Origin: Chiloscyllium plagiosum
Lineage: Eukaryota
DNA: 64,000 nt
Assembly: GCF_004010195.1 (NCBI RefSeq)
Contig: NC_057712.1
Location: forward strand, 62,430,539-62,494,538
Direction: 5' to 3'
The position numbers and the translations under genes are program-made. The notes beneath the pieces were generated by a model. That model was not told where the DNA came from, made no database searches, and saw nothing but the letters and a program-made list of their open reading frames with translations. Positions 1-12,734 of the stretch are shown here, piece by piece. The number at the start of each line of letters is the position of its first letter. Position 1 is the first letter of the stretch.

Positions 1-1275
1 TCTCCTCTGTACAATTGCTCCTAACGTTTGTGTCATCAGCAAATTTGGAAAAATGTCTTTCAATGCCATTATCCAACTCATTAATAAATAATGTGAATAA
101 TTGAGGCCTGAACACAAATCCTTGTGGGACACCACTGGTTACATCCTGCCATTTTGAGCATCGACACATTATCCTTACTTTGTCAAACTCACCAATTTTC
201 CAGCCATGTCAGTAATTTGCTCTCTGCTCTACTTTAGTTGACTGCCTCTTATGTGGGACCTTATCAAATGTTTTCTGGAAATCCATTTCAACAACATTCA
301 TAGACATTCCCATCCATTACCATAGTCACTTCAATTAGGTTTCTCAGGCATGACATAACTGTCACAAACCAATGCTATCTGTCCCAGACTAATTGAAAAT
401 TTGAGGTATTGACTTACACCATGCTTGATCATAGACTCCAACAAGTTTCCCATGTCAGATGTTAGGCTACCTGGTCCATAATTCCCTGTTTTTTCTCTTT
501 TGCCCTTCTTAAAAAAGAATGGAGTGATGTGTGCAATCGTCCCATCCAGAAGGATGACGCCTGTATCTAGGAACTGTCAAACCGGGCATCTATGTGTGCT
601 GCCCTACTTCCTTTAACATCCTTGGATGAAAACCGTCAGGTTATTGTTTATTATTACTTAAGTCAATTTTACTCACTCCCTGATCTGTTGTTAATTTCTT
701 TGGGCTATCTAGCAAGCTATCCTTTTCTACTGCAAATACTAAGGCAAAGTAATCATTAACAGATCTTCCATTTCTCCACAGTCATTGACAGTATCCCCAC
801 TTTGTCTTTAATGGGCCAATACTATACTTGATGAACAGCTTCCCCTCTTTGTAACTATACAATTTCTTATTGATTTTGAAGTCCCTGGCAAGCTTCTTGT
901 CATAATCCTTTTCAGTGGCTCTAATAACCTGCTATGTGACCTGTTGCTGGTCTTTGTATCTTTCCCATTCGGCAGGATCTGTGCTGTTTTTCGCAAACTT
1001 TTTCTTTTGGTTTTATGCTGTCCCTTATCTCTTTAGTTGTCCATGGATTCTTTTTTCATTCCCCCCCCCCCCCCCACCCCTTGATGTGGAGCTTTACTCT
1101 CTCAGGGGTATAAACTGGTTTTGTATTATGTGACATAGGACTGGGAGTGGGCCATTCGGTCCCTCGAGCCTGCTCCACACATTCAATAGAATCGTAGCTG
1201 ATCTGAGATTCCTTACAAACACTGTAATGCCCTTACCCTGTTATCTTTGATTCCCCTACTGATTAAGAATCCAGT
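1..1275 (-). mobile_element. Degenerate CR1-like LINE ORF2 (RT) fragment plus a short CR1 3' end
   Basis: Minus strand encodes KFADDT near 27-46; decayed CR1-like RT sequence. Confidence 0.75.
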
Positions 1276-2034
1276 GCTGGTCAAGAATAAATGCTTGCAC
1301 AACCAACAATGCCCATATCCCTTGAAAAACATACAAACTCCCCCTCCAATTACCCTGCTGCAGCTTGCATTTACAATTTGTAAGTGGATGCAAGCAGCTC
1401 ACCAGCTCCTGTCAGTATTTATTTATTCACATTTAGATATTTAATCATCAGGCTGCATTCTGTAACTCAGTTAACCAATAGCACAAATTCAAATCACATT
1501 AAGTGTTTTTTAAACATCCTCCACTGTTCATCAGTTGTTTTACCCATGAGCAGTGGACAGTCTCGATCTCATTAAAGTAGGCCTTACCTAAATCATGACG
1601 ACTTTGCTTCACAAGAGAAATCCAACAAAGTGAGCTATTTACAATTTGTTTTGCAGTATGAAGTTAATTCCTGCTGCAGGAATTCACCACTACACAACTG
1701 TGCATTGTGGTAATACTGTTCATTTAGCTTAGTTAGTGCAATTGGATGCTTTGTGATAATCACTACACATTTTAAGAATGGTTTTAAAAAATGCATAAAA
1801 ATACAAAGGACATTCATTCCAATTACCAACTCCCACAAATCATAAAAAATATATCCTAATAGGGCGAAATTTTATTTATTTTATCTGTAGAAAATGAACT
1901 TCATGCAATCGACCCATTTTCACATCAAACTTATTTAACCATATCGAGGTATCTTCCATAGATAGCATTTTGGTCCAGCAGCAGAGAGAGACAAACATGT
2001 TCTGTGGATTGAGACTGTAGTCTGTATAAGCATG

Positions 2035-2154
2035 GAGAAAGTGAGGACTGCAGATGCTGGAGATTAGAGCTGAAAATGTGTTGCTGGAAAAGCGCAGCAG
2101 GTAAGGCAATACCCAAGGAACAGAAGAATCGACGTTTCGGGCATAAGCCCTTCT
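2035..2154 (-). mobile_element. Short Penelope-derived terminal-repeat insert
   Basis: 14-bp TSD TCTGTATAAGCATG (2021-2034 / 2155-2168). Contains GAAGAAGGGCTTATGCCCGAAACGTC on minus. Confidence 0.8.
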
Positions 2155-2829
2155 TCTGTATAAGCATGCCAAGGTCACAAATCCCGTGACTCTTACATAC
2201 ACTAAATTTCCCACTACCATCCCCTCAACAAGAAACAATTCAGGGTTGGAACAAGAGATAATTGAGGGGGTAAGGTAGGTTAGGGCAGATACTTTGGGCC
2301 AACACTGCTGCTTCTTGCATTTTAGGAGTCCATGCTAGTAACACACTTAGCTGCTGGATCCACAACTTGGTATTTTCCTAAATCTGCTGTGTTCCAAGCA
2401 TCCAGAGAACCAACTCGAAACCATTTGGATGTAAAGGCTAAGTTCTCCAGATGACTCATGACTGTACTAACCAGTCTCTCAGACACAGCTACTTTACTCT
2501 GATTTGAAGCAGTTTGGAGGCAAACAGAAGTAAATGCAGTTGTTTCACCTGTCCTCAATAAAGAGGTAGCTCATGCATTTTGTACTACTGACACTTGAAT
2601 GATATACAGTATTCCAGGCTATTGATACAGGGATGATGTGGAATCTTTAATATCATTTAAGGTCAGGATAGTGCGAGACTTGAGGGGAGCTTGTGGGTGC
2701 TTGTTTATCTACAGCCCTTTTCCCCCCGAGGCAGTTCAGATTGCAGGTTTTGGGGGTGCTTTTAAAAACATCTTGGTGAATAACTGCCATGCATCTTCTA
2801 GATGAAGGATCATAGATAGGAGCTGGAAT

Positions 2830-3165
2830 AATCACAGAATTCCTACAGTATGGAAACAGGCCATTTGGCCCAACAAGTCCACAATGACCCACCAAAAAGT
2901 AACCCACCCAGACTCATTCCCCTACCCTATTACTCTACGTTTCTCTTGACGAATGCACCTAACCTACACATCCCTGAACACCATGGGCAATTTAACAGTG
3001 CCGATTCACCTAATCTGCACAGAGGACTGAGGGAAGAAACACACGCAGACACTGGGAGAATGTGCAAACTCCACACAAACAAACAGATAGACAGTCACCT
3101 GTGGCTGGAATTGAACCCAGGTCCCTGGTGCTGTGAGGCAACAGCACTAACCACTGAGCCGCCCC
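2830..3165 (-). mobile_element. HE1-like tRNA-derived V-SINE
   Basis: Minus reads GGCTCAGTGGTTAGTGCTGTTGCCTCACAGCACCAGGGACCTGGGTTCAATTCC (A/B boxes), V-domain GTGTGGAGTTTGCACATTCTC, CR1-like tail. Confidence 0.85.
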
Positions 3166-3544
3166 AATGGTATAAGCTGCTACTGCACACATCTGTGGTA
3201 GAGGGAACAGATGTGATGTCAATCCAATGGGCTGCTTTGCTTTGGACGATGTCAACTATTGTCGTTGGAGCTGTACTCATGAAGGCAAGTGGGGAGTACA
3301 TTCCTAACTGGTGCCTTGTAAAGGGTGGGCAGGTTTTGGGTAGTCAGGTGGTGAGCTGCTCACCACAATATTCCTATCCTCAGGGTTGACCTCGCTCAGT
3401 TTGCCACTGTCATTTCCAATGCTAGGTGGTTCATCCAGTTTCACTTGATATTCCTTGACATTCAATAGTGTTATCACCACTGAATCTCCACTAACAATAT
3501 CCTTGGGATTACCATTGACCAGAAACTCAACTGGATTCAGCACA

Positions 3545-4140
3545 TTTTTTTTTAATTCATTCACAGGATGTGGGCATCCCTAGCTGGCCAGCATTTCCTG
3601 CTCCTCACTAATTGCTGTTGAGAAGGTGGTGGTGAGCTGCCTTCTTGAACTCTGCAGTCTACATGCTGTAGCTTGATCCACATTGTCACCTGTGAGGGAA
3701 TTCCAGAAATTTGACCCAGTGTCAGTGAAGGAACAGCAATATATTTCCAAATCAGGATGGTGAGTGGCTCGGAGAGGCACTTGCAGGTGGTGGTGTTCCC
3801 ATGTAAATGCTGCTCTTGTCTTCCTAGAAGGAAGTGGAAATGGGATTTGGAAGGTGCGGTCTGGGGAGTTTTGGTGAATTTCCATGGTGCATCTTGTACA
3901 CACTGCTAATACTGAGAGTTGGTGGTGGGGGAAGTGGATGCTTGCGGATGTGGTGCCAATCAAGCAGGGTGCTTTGTCCTGGATGGTGTCGAGCTTCGAG
4001 TATTGATAGAGCTGCACCCATACAGCCAAGTGGAGGTCATTCCATCACATTCCTGACTTGTACCTTGTAGATGGTGGACAGGACATGAATTACTCACTGC
4101 AGTATTCCTAGTTTCTAACCTGCTCTTGTAGTCACTGTGT
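3545..4140 (-). mobile_element. CR1/L2-group LINE 3' fragment (related pieces at 2560-2820, 3170-3540, 5920-6440, 44480-46090)
   Basis: Minus translates KLDTIQDKAPCLIGTTS...YKMH, a LINE ORF2 C-terminus; A-rich tail. Confidence 0.7.
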
Positions 4141-5206
4141 TTTTATTGACACAAGGTCACGGAGAAGACAACTAAAGAGAGTTGGGTCTATGTCATAACT
4201 CTCAGGAAGTCTGACAGGACTATCAAAGAAACACCTTGTTTTCAGTAATATTGAAAAAGGCACAAACATTACTTTGTGTCATCAATTTCTCAAGGGGGAG
4301 GGATGGAGGGCAGCTGAGGCAAGAAGCAGGAAAAATAAATGGAAAAAGTTATCCAAATCCATAAAATACTGACAAAAAAGCATAATGCTGAGGAACACTA
4401 GTTTTGCTCTAAGAACTTCGACCATGTAACACTTCATTCCACAGCAGAAATCCCTATTTTGTGTTCAATATACATTGAAATATTCAAGCTTTCATTAAGT
4501 TCCCGTATCTTGTAGATTAGGTTAGTTGTCCTTAGGACTACTGCAATGTTGCACTGGCCAGCCATAAAAAGACAAATCTTTTCAATCCTTCTCCAAAATG
4601 AACAGATGTTTAACTAACGATACAAGCAACATGGGAAAAAGATAACTTCCTGTTATTGTAGTTAGATACACCCTGTGCTATTGCTCAATTAACATGAAAA
4701 TCAGTGCGTGCTTTTTAAAAAGATATTTTCTAATCAACCTGTTCGTAGATGTTATTATACACCACTGAAGGTGGTGAGACTTGAACTCAGGTCTCCTGAC
4801 CCCGAGGTAGGAATATTACCATTGTGCCACAGGAATTCATAATGCTTTCTGTTCTATTGAAGCCTACGCAGAGAAAATACCATGTATTCACCAAGACATG
4901 AGCTGAAACTGGAATGTTTGCAACCAGTTTGGCAACTTCATGACGACAATTTTAAAACAGTTGTAATTGAATTAACTCAAGAGTGGAGGTCATCTTCAAG
5001 CAAGAAAATTTAAACACAAACTTTTCATTTTCCAAACAAACGTGTGTGCATGAGGTGGCAGGCAAACAGAACTACACAACTTTTGACAAAAGTTTATACA
5101 TCTCCCTTCCATTGCGTATTCCATCACAAAACAATTTTACATCGAAAATTTTTGACCACTGTTACCTACGGAAGAAAATATTTCAATTGACAAAAAAAAA
5201 CCTTAC

Positions 5207-5310
5207 CTCTTCAATTATTTCAATGAGATCTCCAGTCTTGATTTCCAATTCATCCTCATTTTGAGGGATATAATCAAACAGTGTTTCGCATTGCCTCTTC
5301 TTCAACCTTC
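5207..5310 (-). CDS. CD2AP: CD2AP coding exon (exon-4-like), start of second SH3 domain: (R)[34 protein letters not shown]
   Basis: 104-nt exon, acceptor cccaacAG and donor GTAAGG on the minus strand. Closely matches human CD2AP SH3[33 protein letters not shown] as I recall it. Phase-1 start fits the upstream exon. Confidence 0.93.
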
Positions 5311-6619
5311 CTGTTGGGATTGACATCACAAAGTTCCTTCAGTGGTATGAACTGGAATTGATTTTACAAGAAGCTCTGTCGCTCAACTATAACCTAATAA
5401 ATGACAATTTTAATCTAAAATTTGCAGAAAATTTGGTTTGCAAATTAAGTAGCTTTCCCGGGAAGCTCCTCACTTATCACCCTCCCACTCTCTGCTGCAC
5501 CAAGTTTCTGAAATAGCACCAAACTATCTAATTATAGTGCAAGAGTACAACAACACAAATTGCTGCACTTGTCAATTTCAGAACACATTTATGAAAAAGC
5601 TGAAGTCTATGTTTACCAACACTTAAAGTTCCAGATGTCACCATTGGAAACTACGTTTTTAAAACCATGACTGACCTTTGCTCAAAGTATAGCAGTTTGT
5701 ATTATCTGCTGAGTAATTCTCAAATTCTACAATATTCCCCTTTCAGAAAAATCCTCTGAAACTCCCTTTGGTGAAAACAATTTCTACTTTGAAGGCAACT
5801 CAACACATAATGCAGTGACATTTAAAATAAAAGTACTCGGAGTCCCAGGTTTTTGAGTCACTGATAAGAGGGGAATGGTGATAAGGAGGAAAATTTGCAG
5901 TTTGGAGAGAAATTTGCAGTTAAAAGGTATTTCCATGCATTCATAACCCCTGTCCTATTAGGAGGTTGCTGTCATGGATTCAAAAGGTGCTGTTACGTAG
6001 TGTCGGAGAAACTGTGCAGCCGATCTTATAAATCCAATGCTTCCTACACCAATGTGGAAAGCTGAAGTGGATGAATGTCAAAGGCGGTAGACGGGGAGCT
6101 AATCAAGCAGGCTGCTTGGATAACATTTTGGAACTGTACCCATCCAGGTAAGTGGAGGGTATTTCATTACACTCCTGATGAGCCTATAGAAATGATGGAC
6201 AGGCTACAGTGATTCAAGAGGTGAGCTATTCACTGCAGAATTCCCAGCCCCTGGCCTGCTCTAGCACTTCCAGTATTCATATGGTTGGTCCAGTTCAGAT
6301 TCGGGTCAAAGATAACCCCCTGCAATATTCATGGCAGTGGCTAAAGTAATGATATCAACGTTAAAAGTCATGGGGAGATGACAGCTAGGATGGGCAATAA
6401 ATGCTGGCCAGCGGGTAATGCCCACATCCCATGAGTGATTTAAGCAAAGCACTGACAAAAAACAGTGGGTAATGATATATACATTTAATCTTTTTCTGTG
6501 CTATACAGATGACAGTTAGTTAACACTTACTGTTGTTACCATTCGATTCAGCACCCCCACGGTAGGGAAGAGAACTTTCACTTGAGCGTCCATACTTGAC
6601 TACCAGGTGAACATGTTGG

Positions 6620-7720
6620 TAAAAAGAGTACAGAAGATAGGAGAAGGGTTAAGCCAACCAAGCCCTTAAGCCAGCTCCATTGTTTAATATGATTATAGCT
6701 TATCAAAGCTGAATACACTAGTCACATCCTCCATCTCCTCTTCTTCTCTGCCAGCCTCCATCACTTCCTCCAGCAGCTCGTTACATACACGCACCACCCT
6801 CTGCATGAAAAAGTTGCCCCCGAGTCCATTGTAAATCTTTTCCCACTCACCTTAAACCTATGCCCTCTAGTTTTAAGCTCCCCTACCCTGGGAAGACGAC
6901 CTTGGCTATCCATGCCAGTCTTGAATTTATAAACTTCGGTAAGGTTTATATAATCTCAGCCTCGAGCGCTCCAGGGGAAATAGTCCCTCTCTATTCAGCC
7001 CCTCCCAATAGCCCAAACCCTCCAATCCTGGCAACATCCTTGTAAATCTTCCCTGAACCCTTTCAAGTTTCACAACATCTTTCCGATAGCAGGGAGAATC
7101 TCCTCCCCAGAACTGTACACAGTATTCCCAAAGTGGCCTAACCAATGTCCCGTACAGCCACAACATGACCTCCCGACTCCTATACTGACCAATAAAGGCA
7201 AGTGTACCAAAGCCTGCTTCAATACTGTCTACCTGTGACTCCACCTTCAAGGAGCTATGAACCTGCAGTCCAAGGTCTCTTTGTTCAGCAACACTACCAG
7301 GATCCTACTATTAAGTGGATAAGTCCTGCTAAGATTTGCCTTTCCAAAATGCAGCACCTCACATTGACCTAAATTAATCTCCATTTGCCCCTCCTTGTCC
7401 CATTCACCCAACTAATCAAGCTCTCCTTGTACTCAGATATCCTCCTTCGCTGTCCACTATACAACCTGTTTTGCAGATAATACCAAAACAGGTTGTATAG
7501 TGGACAGCGAAGGAGGATATTTACAGATAACACCAAATATACTCACCATTCCTCCTATATTCACATCCAAATTACCTATATAAATGACAAAAAGCTGTGG
7601 ACCCAGCACAGATCCTTGCGGCACACTGCTGGTCACAGGCCTCAAGTCCAAAAAAAAAATCCTCCACTACCACCTTCTGTCTCCAACCTTCAATCCAATT
7701 GTGTATTCAAATTGCCAAAG
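6620..7720 (-). mobile_element. CR1/HER1-like LINE 3' fragment
   Basis: TSSVPQGSVLGPQLFVIYI and LVRPLWEYCVQFW...ERVQGRFTRMLPGL in minus ORFs. Confidence 0.85.
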
Positions 7721-8589
7721 CTTGGCCACATTTTGTATTCAAATTTTCATTCAATTTGGATCTGCTATTGTTTGCACTAAGTACTTGAGCTGTGCTCAGA
7801 ATCCCCAGGGAAGAAAGCATTCCCATGTCGTATACCCACACAAATTGTCTTTGTAATGCAGCCCTGGTATTTCACTTGTAAAACTTCACATTATCTCAAA
7901 TTAACTAATTTTTAAAGACAGTGTTTTGACTTCTTATTGTTATGTGAGTGCCACTGTTGGAATCAGCATTTATTGCTGATTGCTAATTGCCTCAGCTGCC
8001 AATCCTTACCCCTGCAGTATGTGGTGTCAGTTCTTTATAATACTGGGAAGTAGGGAGCTTGTTATAAAGCAATAGTTTTTCAAAATATTTAGGGAGGTGG
8101 ACATCTCCAGTTAGGCCATCATTTATCGCCCATCCCGAAATTCCTCAAGGGCAGGTAAGAGTCATTCACATTACTGCCAGTCTGGAGTTACATGTAGCCT
8201 ACACTGGGTAAAGATTGCAGTGTTTCTTCTCTAAAGGACCTTACTGAATGAGATGGGATTTTTGTCTAAAAGGACAGTCATAGATGATAACATGATCACC
8301 ATTAGACCAGATGTTTATTCCAGATTTTAACTAGATTCAGATTTCACTCCCTGCCATTGTGGCATTTGAACCTCTCTACAGAACATTGTCGACTTACAGC
8401 TTTTTATAGCCCATCATGTCCACATCAGTCAATAAAGTTCTGACTACACTAAGTCCATTTTCCACCTCTTGGCCCAAAGGCCCAGAAGCTATGGCAATGC
8501 ACATCCACATCTAAGTACTTGTTAACTGGTATGAGAATTACTGACTCAACCACTCTTCCAATGAGTTCTGGACTTGCATCCATTCTGAG

Positions 8590-9545
8590 TGATTCAATTT
8601 GGTATTGTCACATGTACTGAAATGGAGTGAAACACACTGTTTTCATGCTGTTCAAGTAGATCAAATCATACACAAATACATCAGGCGACTCGAACAAAAT
8701 GCAGAACAGTGGTCCAGCTACAGAGAAAGTGAAGAGAGAAATCAACTTCTATATTTGAGGGGTCTATTCAAAAGTTTGATAAGTGGGGAAGGAGCTATTC
8801 TTGAATCTGTTAGCACGTGTTTCCAAACGTTTGTATCTTCTGTGTGATGGAACAGGGTGGGAGAGAGTATGAAAATGTGTTGCTGGAACAGTGCAGCAGG
8901 TCAGGCAGCATCCAGGGAACAGGAGAATCGACGTTTCGGGCATATCAGAGCTGAAAATGTGTTGCTGGAACAGCGCAGCAGGTCAGGCAGCATCCAGGGA
9001 ACAAGAGAGAGTATGACTGGGGTGGCAGGGGCTTGAGGATATTGGCTGCTTTCCCAAGGCAGCGGGGAGTGCAGATGGCAGCAATAGAAGGAAAGCTGGT
9101 TTGCGGGATGGACTGCGCTGTGATCATGACTCTCTGTAATTTCTTATGGTCTTAGGCAGACCAGTTGTCATACCACATTCGGATGCATTTGGATTGGATG
9201 CTTTCAGTATAAAGTTTGGTAAGTGTCTTTCCTTAGCCTTCTAAGGAAATAGAGGTATTGTTTTGCTTTTTTGATCAGAGCAATGTGGGTGGACCAGGAC
9301 AGATTGTTGGTGATCATCATTCCCAGGAATTTGACACACTATCATCTCTCCCTCAGCACCATTGATGCAGATCAGGGTGTGTTCACCACTCAGCTTCCTT
9401 ATGTCGATGACAACCTCCTGCATTTTGCTGATGTGAATGGAGAGATTGTTATGTTCACACCATGCCTCCAAACACTCAATGACTCTGTCTTACCATTATT
9501 TGAGATCTGACCCATCAGTGGCATTGCCAGCAAACTTGAAAATAC
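8590..9545 (-). mobile_element. Rex1/Babar (L2-like) LINE 3' fragment, interrupted by a Penelope-derived insert at 8873-9004
   Basis: WCEHNNLSIHISKMQEVVIDIRK; RCLGKAANILK. Confidence 0.7.
8873..9004 (-). mobile_element. Tandem partial Penelope terminal-repeat insert
   Basis: 12-bp TSD GAGAGAGTATGA (8861-8872 / 9005-9016); two head-to-tail ~55-bp units. Confidence 0.75.
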
Positions 9546-9909
9546 TTCTCCTGAACTCTGTTTGAAATCTTGTGCCTCTGGTCTTAAATCCTGTGGTTTT
9601 TGACCCCAACATGGGAACAGGAGTGGTCCATTCAGCCCCTCAAGCCTGTTCCACCATTCGATGAGATCCTAATTTCATATACCTACCTTTGGCCTATGTG
9701 TCTTAATACATTGTTTTGACAAAAATGTATCCAGCTCAGAATTAAAATTAACAAATTTAGAGTTCCAAACTTTACCATTCTCTGTATGCAGAACTGCTCC
9801 CTAACCTCTCTCCTATAGGAGCAAGCAAAAATTCCCATCATCTAAGTCACTGGATAAGGCTCTAGACTTTTCCAAAATCTAAAATACTGATGTTTTGAAG
9901 GTGTAAGTG

Positions 9910-10602
9910 TGTAAGAGAAGGGGGAAACTAGCAAGGACTGACCAAAAACACAGAGACTGTGCTGAACAAGGTTAAAAAAAAAACTTGCTTGAATCAAATA
10001 GCTCGAGTTGGGTTGCCATGGAACAAAAACAAATTCATATTTGGCCAATTTTAATTATGCTCCAGATACCAAAATCTAATTGAATTTGAATTTAGTGTTT
10101 TGATAACATTAAACCAATGAAAGGATCTTACGTTTTAGGGTATAAAACCAGACAGACATTTTGAACAGTTAGGGGGAGAACTGCCAAGAAAACCAAGTAT
10201 AAACTGCTGGAGAAATAGCTCTCTGAAAGGTACCTGTCTGTAAGCAAAAGTTGTGCAACAGAAGAGGAGATGGCGGAGGAAAACCTACCAAGGAAAACCT
10301 GCAAAGCTGACTGGCTTTTAAATGTGATTTTATTTTTTAATTCTTAATCAGGTTTTTTTTTTAACATATTGGACCAGTATTGTAGAGTGGGAGGCAAAAG
10401 ATAAGTTTAAGAGAAAGGAGTTATAAATAGCGGTTTTAATGTTATCTGTTGGTCTTAAAGAATAAAATTGTTAATTTTTACTTTAAATAGTGAAATCTGG
10501 GATAGTTCTTTAATCTGTTAAATTTCAAGAGGCACAGTGCGAGATGAGCTTCTCTGTGTGTCAGCTTTAAAGTAGCAAAGGGGCTTATCCCGTTTCGGAA
10601 CA
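9910..10602 (+). mobile_element. Putative solo LTR (Gypsy-like)
   Basis: TGT...AACA ends, TATAAA (10141) and AATAAA (10461). TSD and exact 5' end not resolved. Confidence 0.45.
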
Positions 10603-11215
10603 CTGGGCAAAACCCTGGACTGATGAGGCTGCAGCAAAGAGATAGTAGAGCCAGGAGAAAGGAAATTTCTGTCTGGAACTATTGTTTCGCCTGGAATTCC
10701 ATTCTATACCTCCTCTCCAAAAGAATAATCAACGGACACTAACAAAGCTCTAGCCCAAGACAGTTTTTACACCTTGGGCTACCCAGCACAGACAGTATGG
10801 GGCCTACAGACATACCGGACATTCAACTTCAATCGAAATCCATTCACACTTATTCTTAATGATCGGGAAACCAATCTATATCAAAAGAAACACCAGATAC
10901 ACAATGGACAACACAGATTTGAGGGGTGGTAACAGGGTACAGTCGGTATAACTGGCAGCCCGATCCCACCTGGGACAGCACCTTTCTTTTCCCCCCCAAC
11001 AAGCTTCTGCACAAACTGCTTTCCCACAGGCTTTCACCCCAAGCAGCTTCGGAACCAAGAACCACAGAGGCCAAACAAAGAAGCTAATTGGGAAAACCAA
11101 ACCAAGAGCATCATCAAAACAATGGACATTCCGAGAGGAGGACGTCAACCAAATGCTGTCCAAACAACTGCTTCCAAACACCTGCCTGTTCCGAACGAAG
11201 AGAATCAACGGCTAG
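10603..11215 (+). pseudogene. Candidate endogenous parvoviral element: degraded C-terminal capsid (VP) coding fragment
   Basis: Manual translation with stops and frameshifts: FNRNPFT..RETNLYQKK..QGTVGI..PPGT, then AFTPSSF..GQTKKLIGKTKPRASSKQW. Collinear with parvovirus VP C-terminal motifs; A/C-rich, with retained CpGs. Confidence 0.45.
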
Positions 11216-11689
11216 AACCTCAACAATCGGGCACACTTTAAAACTGCTTTCCTCAATGGTGAACTCAAACTCCTAAAGGTCCCAAAGCTCCAAACTAGCT
11301 AGTGGGGAGGCGGGTGGTAACAGTGCATTGGGGCCTCAAAGGGTCAGAAGCCTGACTCAAGATCCTGCAATTAAAACTGCTGTTTTTAGGTTGTAATGGT
11401 GTCTGTTCAGTTAATAGTGCATTTAATAGTATTACGATCCTCAGTGTAGCTGACTGGGTCAATTTCAATGTCTATTGCATTTAACTGGATCTCTTGTATT
11501 ATACTTAGCTTCAGTATTTAATTTATATTCTTTTGCCCCGAAGCACCTGTCTACTGCCTTCCTCATTTCCCATTCCCTAGAAAAAGTCCAATATCTAGAA
11601 ACAAGGATCGGAGGGATTTTCCAACCACTTTAAAATCAGAAAATAACTGATTGCAAACCAGAACCCTACAATACTGAACTGTTTGACAT

Positions 11690-12700
11690 TAATTTTTAGA
11701 CTAGCAATTCTCATACCAGCCTCTCCAGTTCTACAGTCTCAAATTATTTCCACTAGTTTATCTTTATCTACCCTGTCTTTTGCTGTTACTATCTTGAAAA
11801 CCTGGATCAGATCATCCCTCAGCCTTCTAAATTCTATACAAAACAGGCCTATATAATCTCGCCTCATAACTTAACCTCTGAAGTAAAGGTATTATTCTGA
11901 TAAAGTTACATTGTATGCCCTTCAAAGCCAGTATCTTGATCCTAAGGTGTGGTCTCCAGATCTTCTCAGTGTTTCAAGTGCATCTAACTAGGGTTTTGTA
12001 TAAGAACATTTGTGTTCTTATACTCCACCCCCAAAATCTACTATTGGAACAAGCTCTTTCCAATCTACCCTCTCTATTTCTCTTATAATAGTACACACCC
12101 CTCTGGGGTTCCCTCTCGATCTTCATTGCTCCAAGACGATCCCAGTCTTTCTACTTAAACTTCAATCTCAGATTCTCCAGCCCAGACAGCATACTGATGA
12201 ATCTCCTCTGCACCCTTGTCAACACTTATGGTTAGTTCCACCAAAACTTCAAATCAAGTTTCTCAAGTACAACTTTCCCTTAAATTCATGCTGACTACCC
12301 CTGGTAAATCCACGTTTCTCTGAGCACAGCCTAGCAGAATTCTAATAGCTTTCCCACCACTATGGTTATATTGACTGACCTGTAATTATTTGTAATCACT
12401 TCCTAAAAGCATCCTGATAGTGTTAGCAGGCCTCCACTCCTCTGGCACCTCACCTGTGGCCAGAGAGGGGATTGAAAAATTATCGCCAAGCCCTTCCCCC
12501 ATGTCCTCCCTCATCTCAGTTAACAGTCTCTTATACATCACAACTGGGCCTGTAGATTTATCCACTTTAATGGCTGCTAAATGCATTAGTACCTCCTGTC
12601 TCTATGTAACTTTCTTCTAATATTTCAGAGTGCTCCAGCCTGATAGCGACACCTGCAGTGTCCTTTTCCATTGTGAAGGCCAATGCAAACTGTGCTGACA
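11690..12700 (-). mobile_element. Old CR1 fragments
   Basis: IKVDKSTGP...SLATGEVPEEWRPAN in the 12386-12586 ORF. Confidence 0.7.
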
Positions 12701-12734
12701 TCTCCTGAAGAAAAAAAAAAGGATGGACAAAGAG

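Noticed and set aside
2180-2238. Minus-strand VEGMVVGNL superficially like CD2AP exon 5 (VEEGWWSG.L)
   Set aside because: No acceptor AG, no WW or FPSNFV motif; exon 5 is probably left of the window
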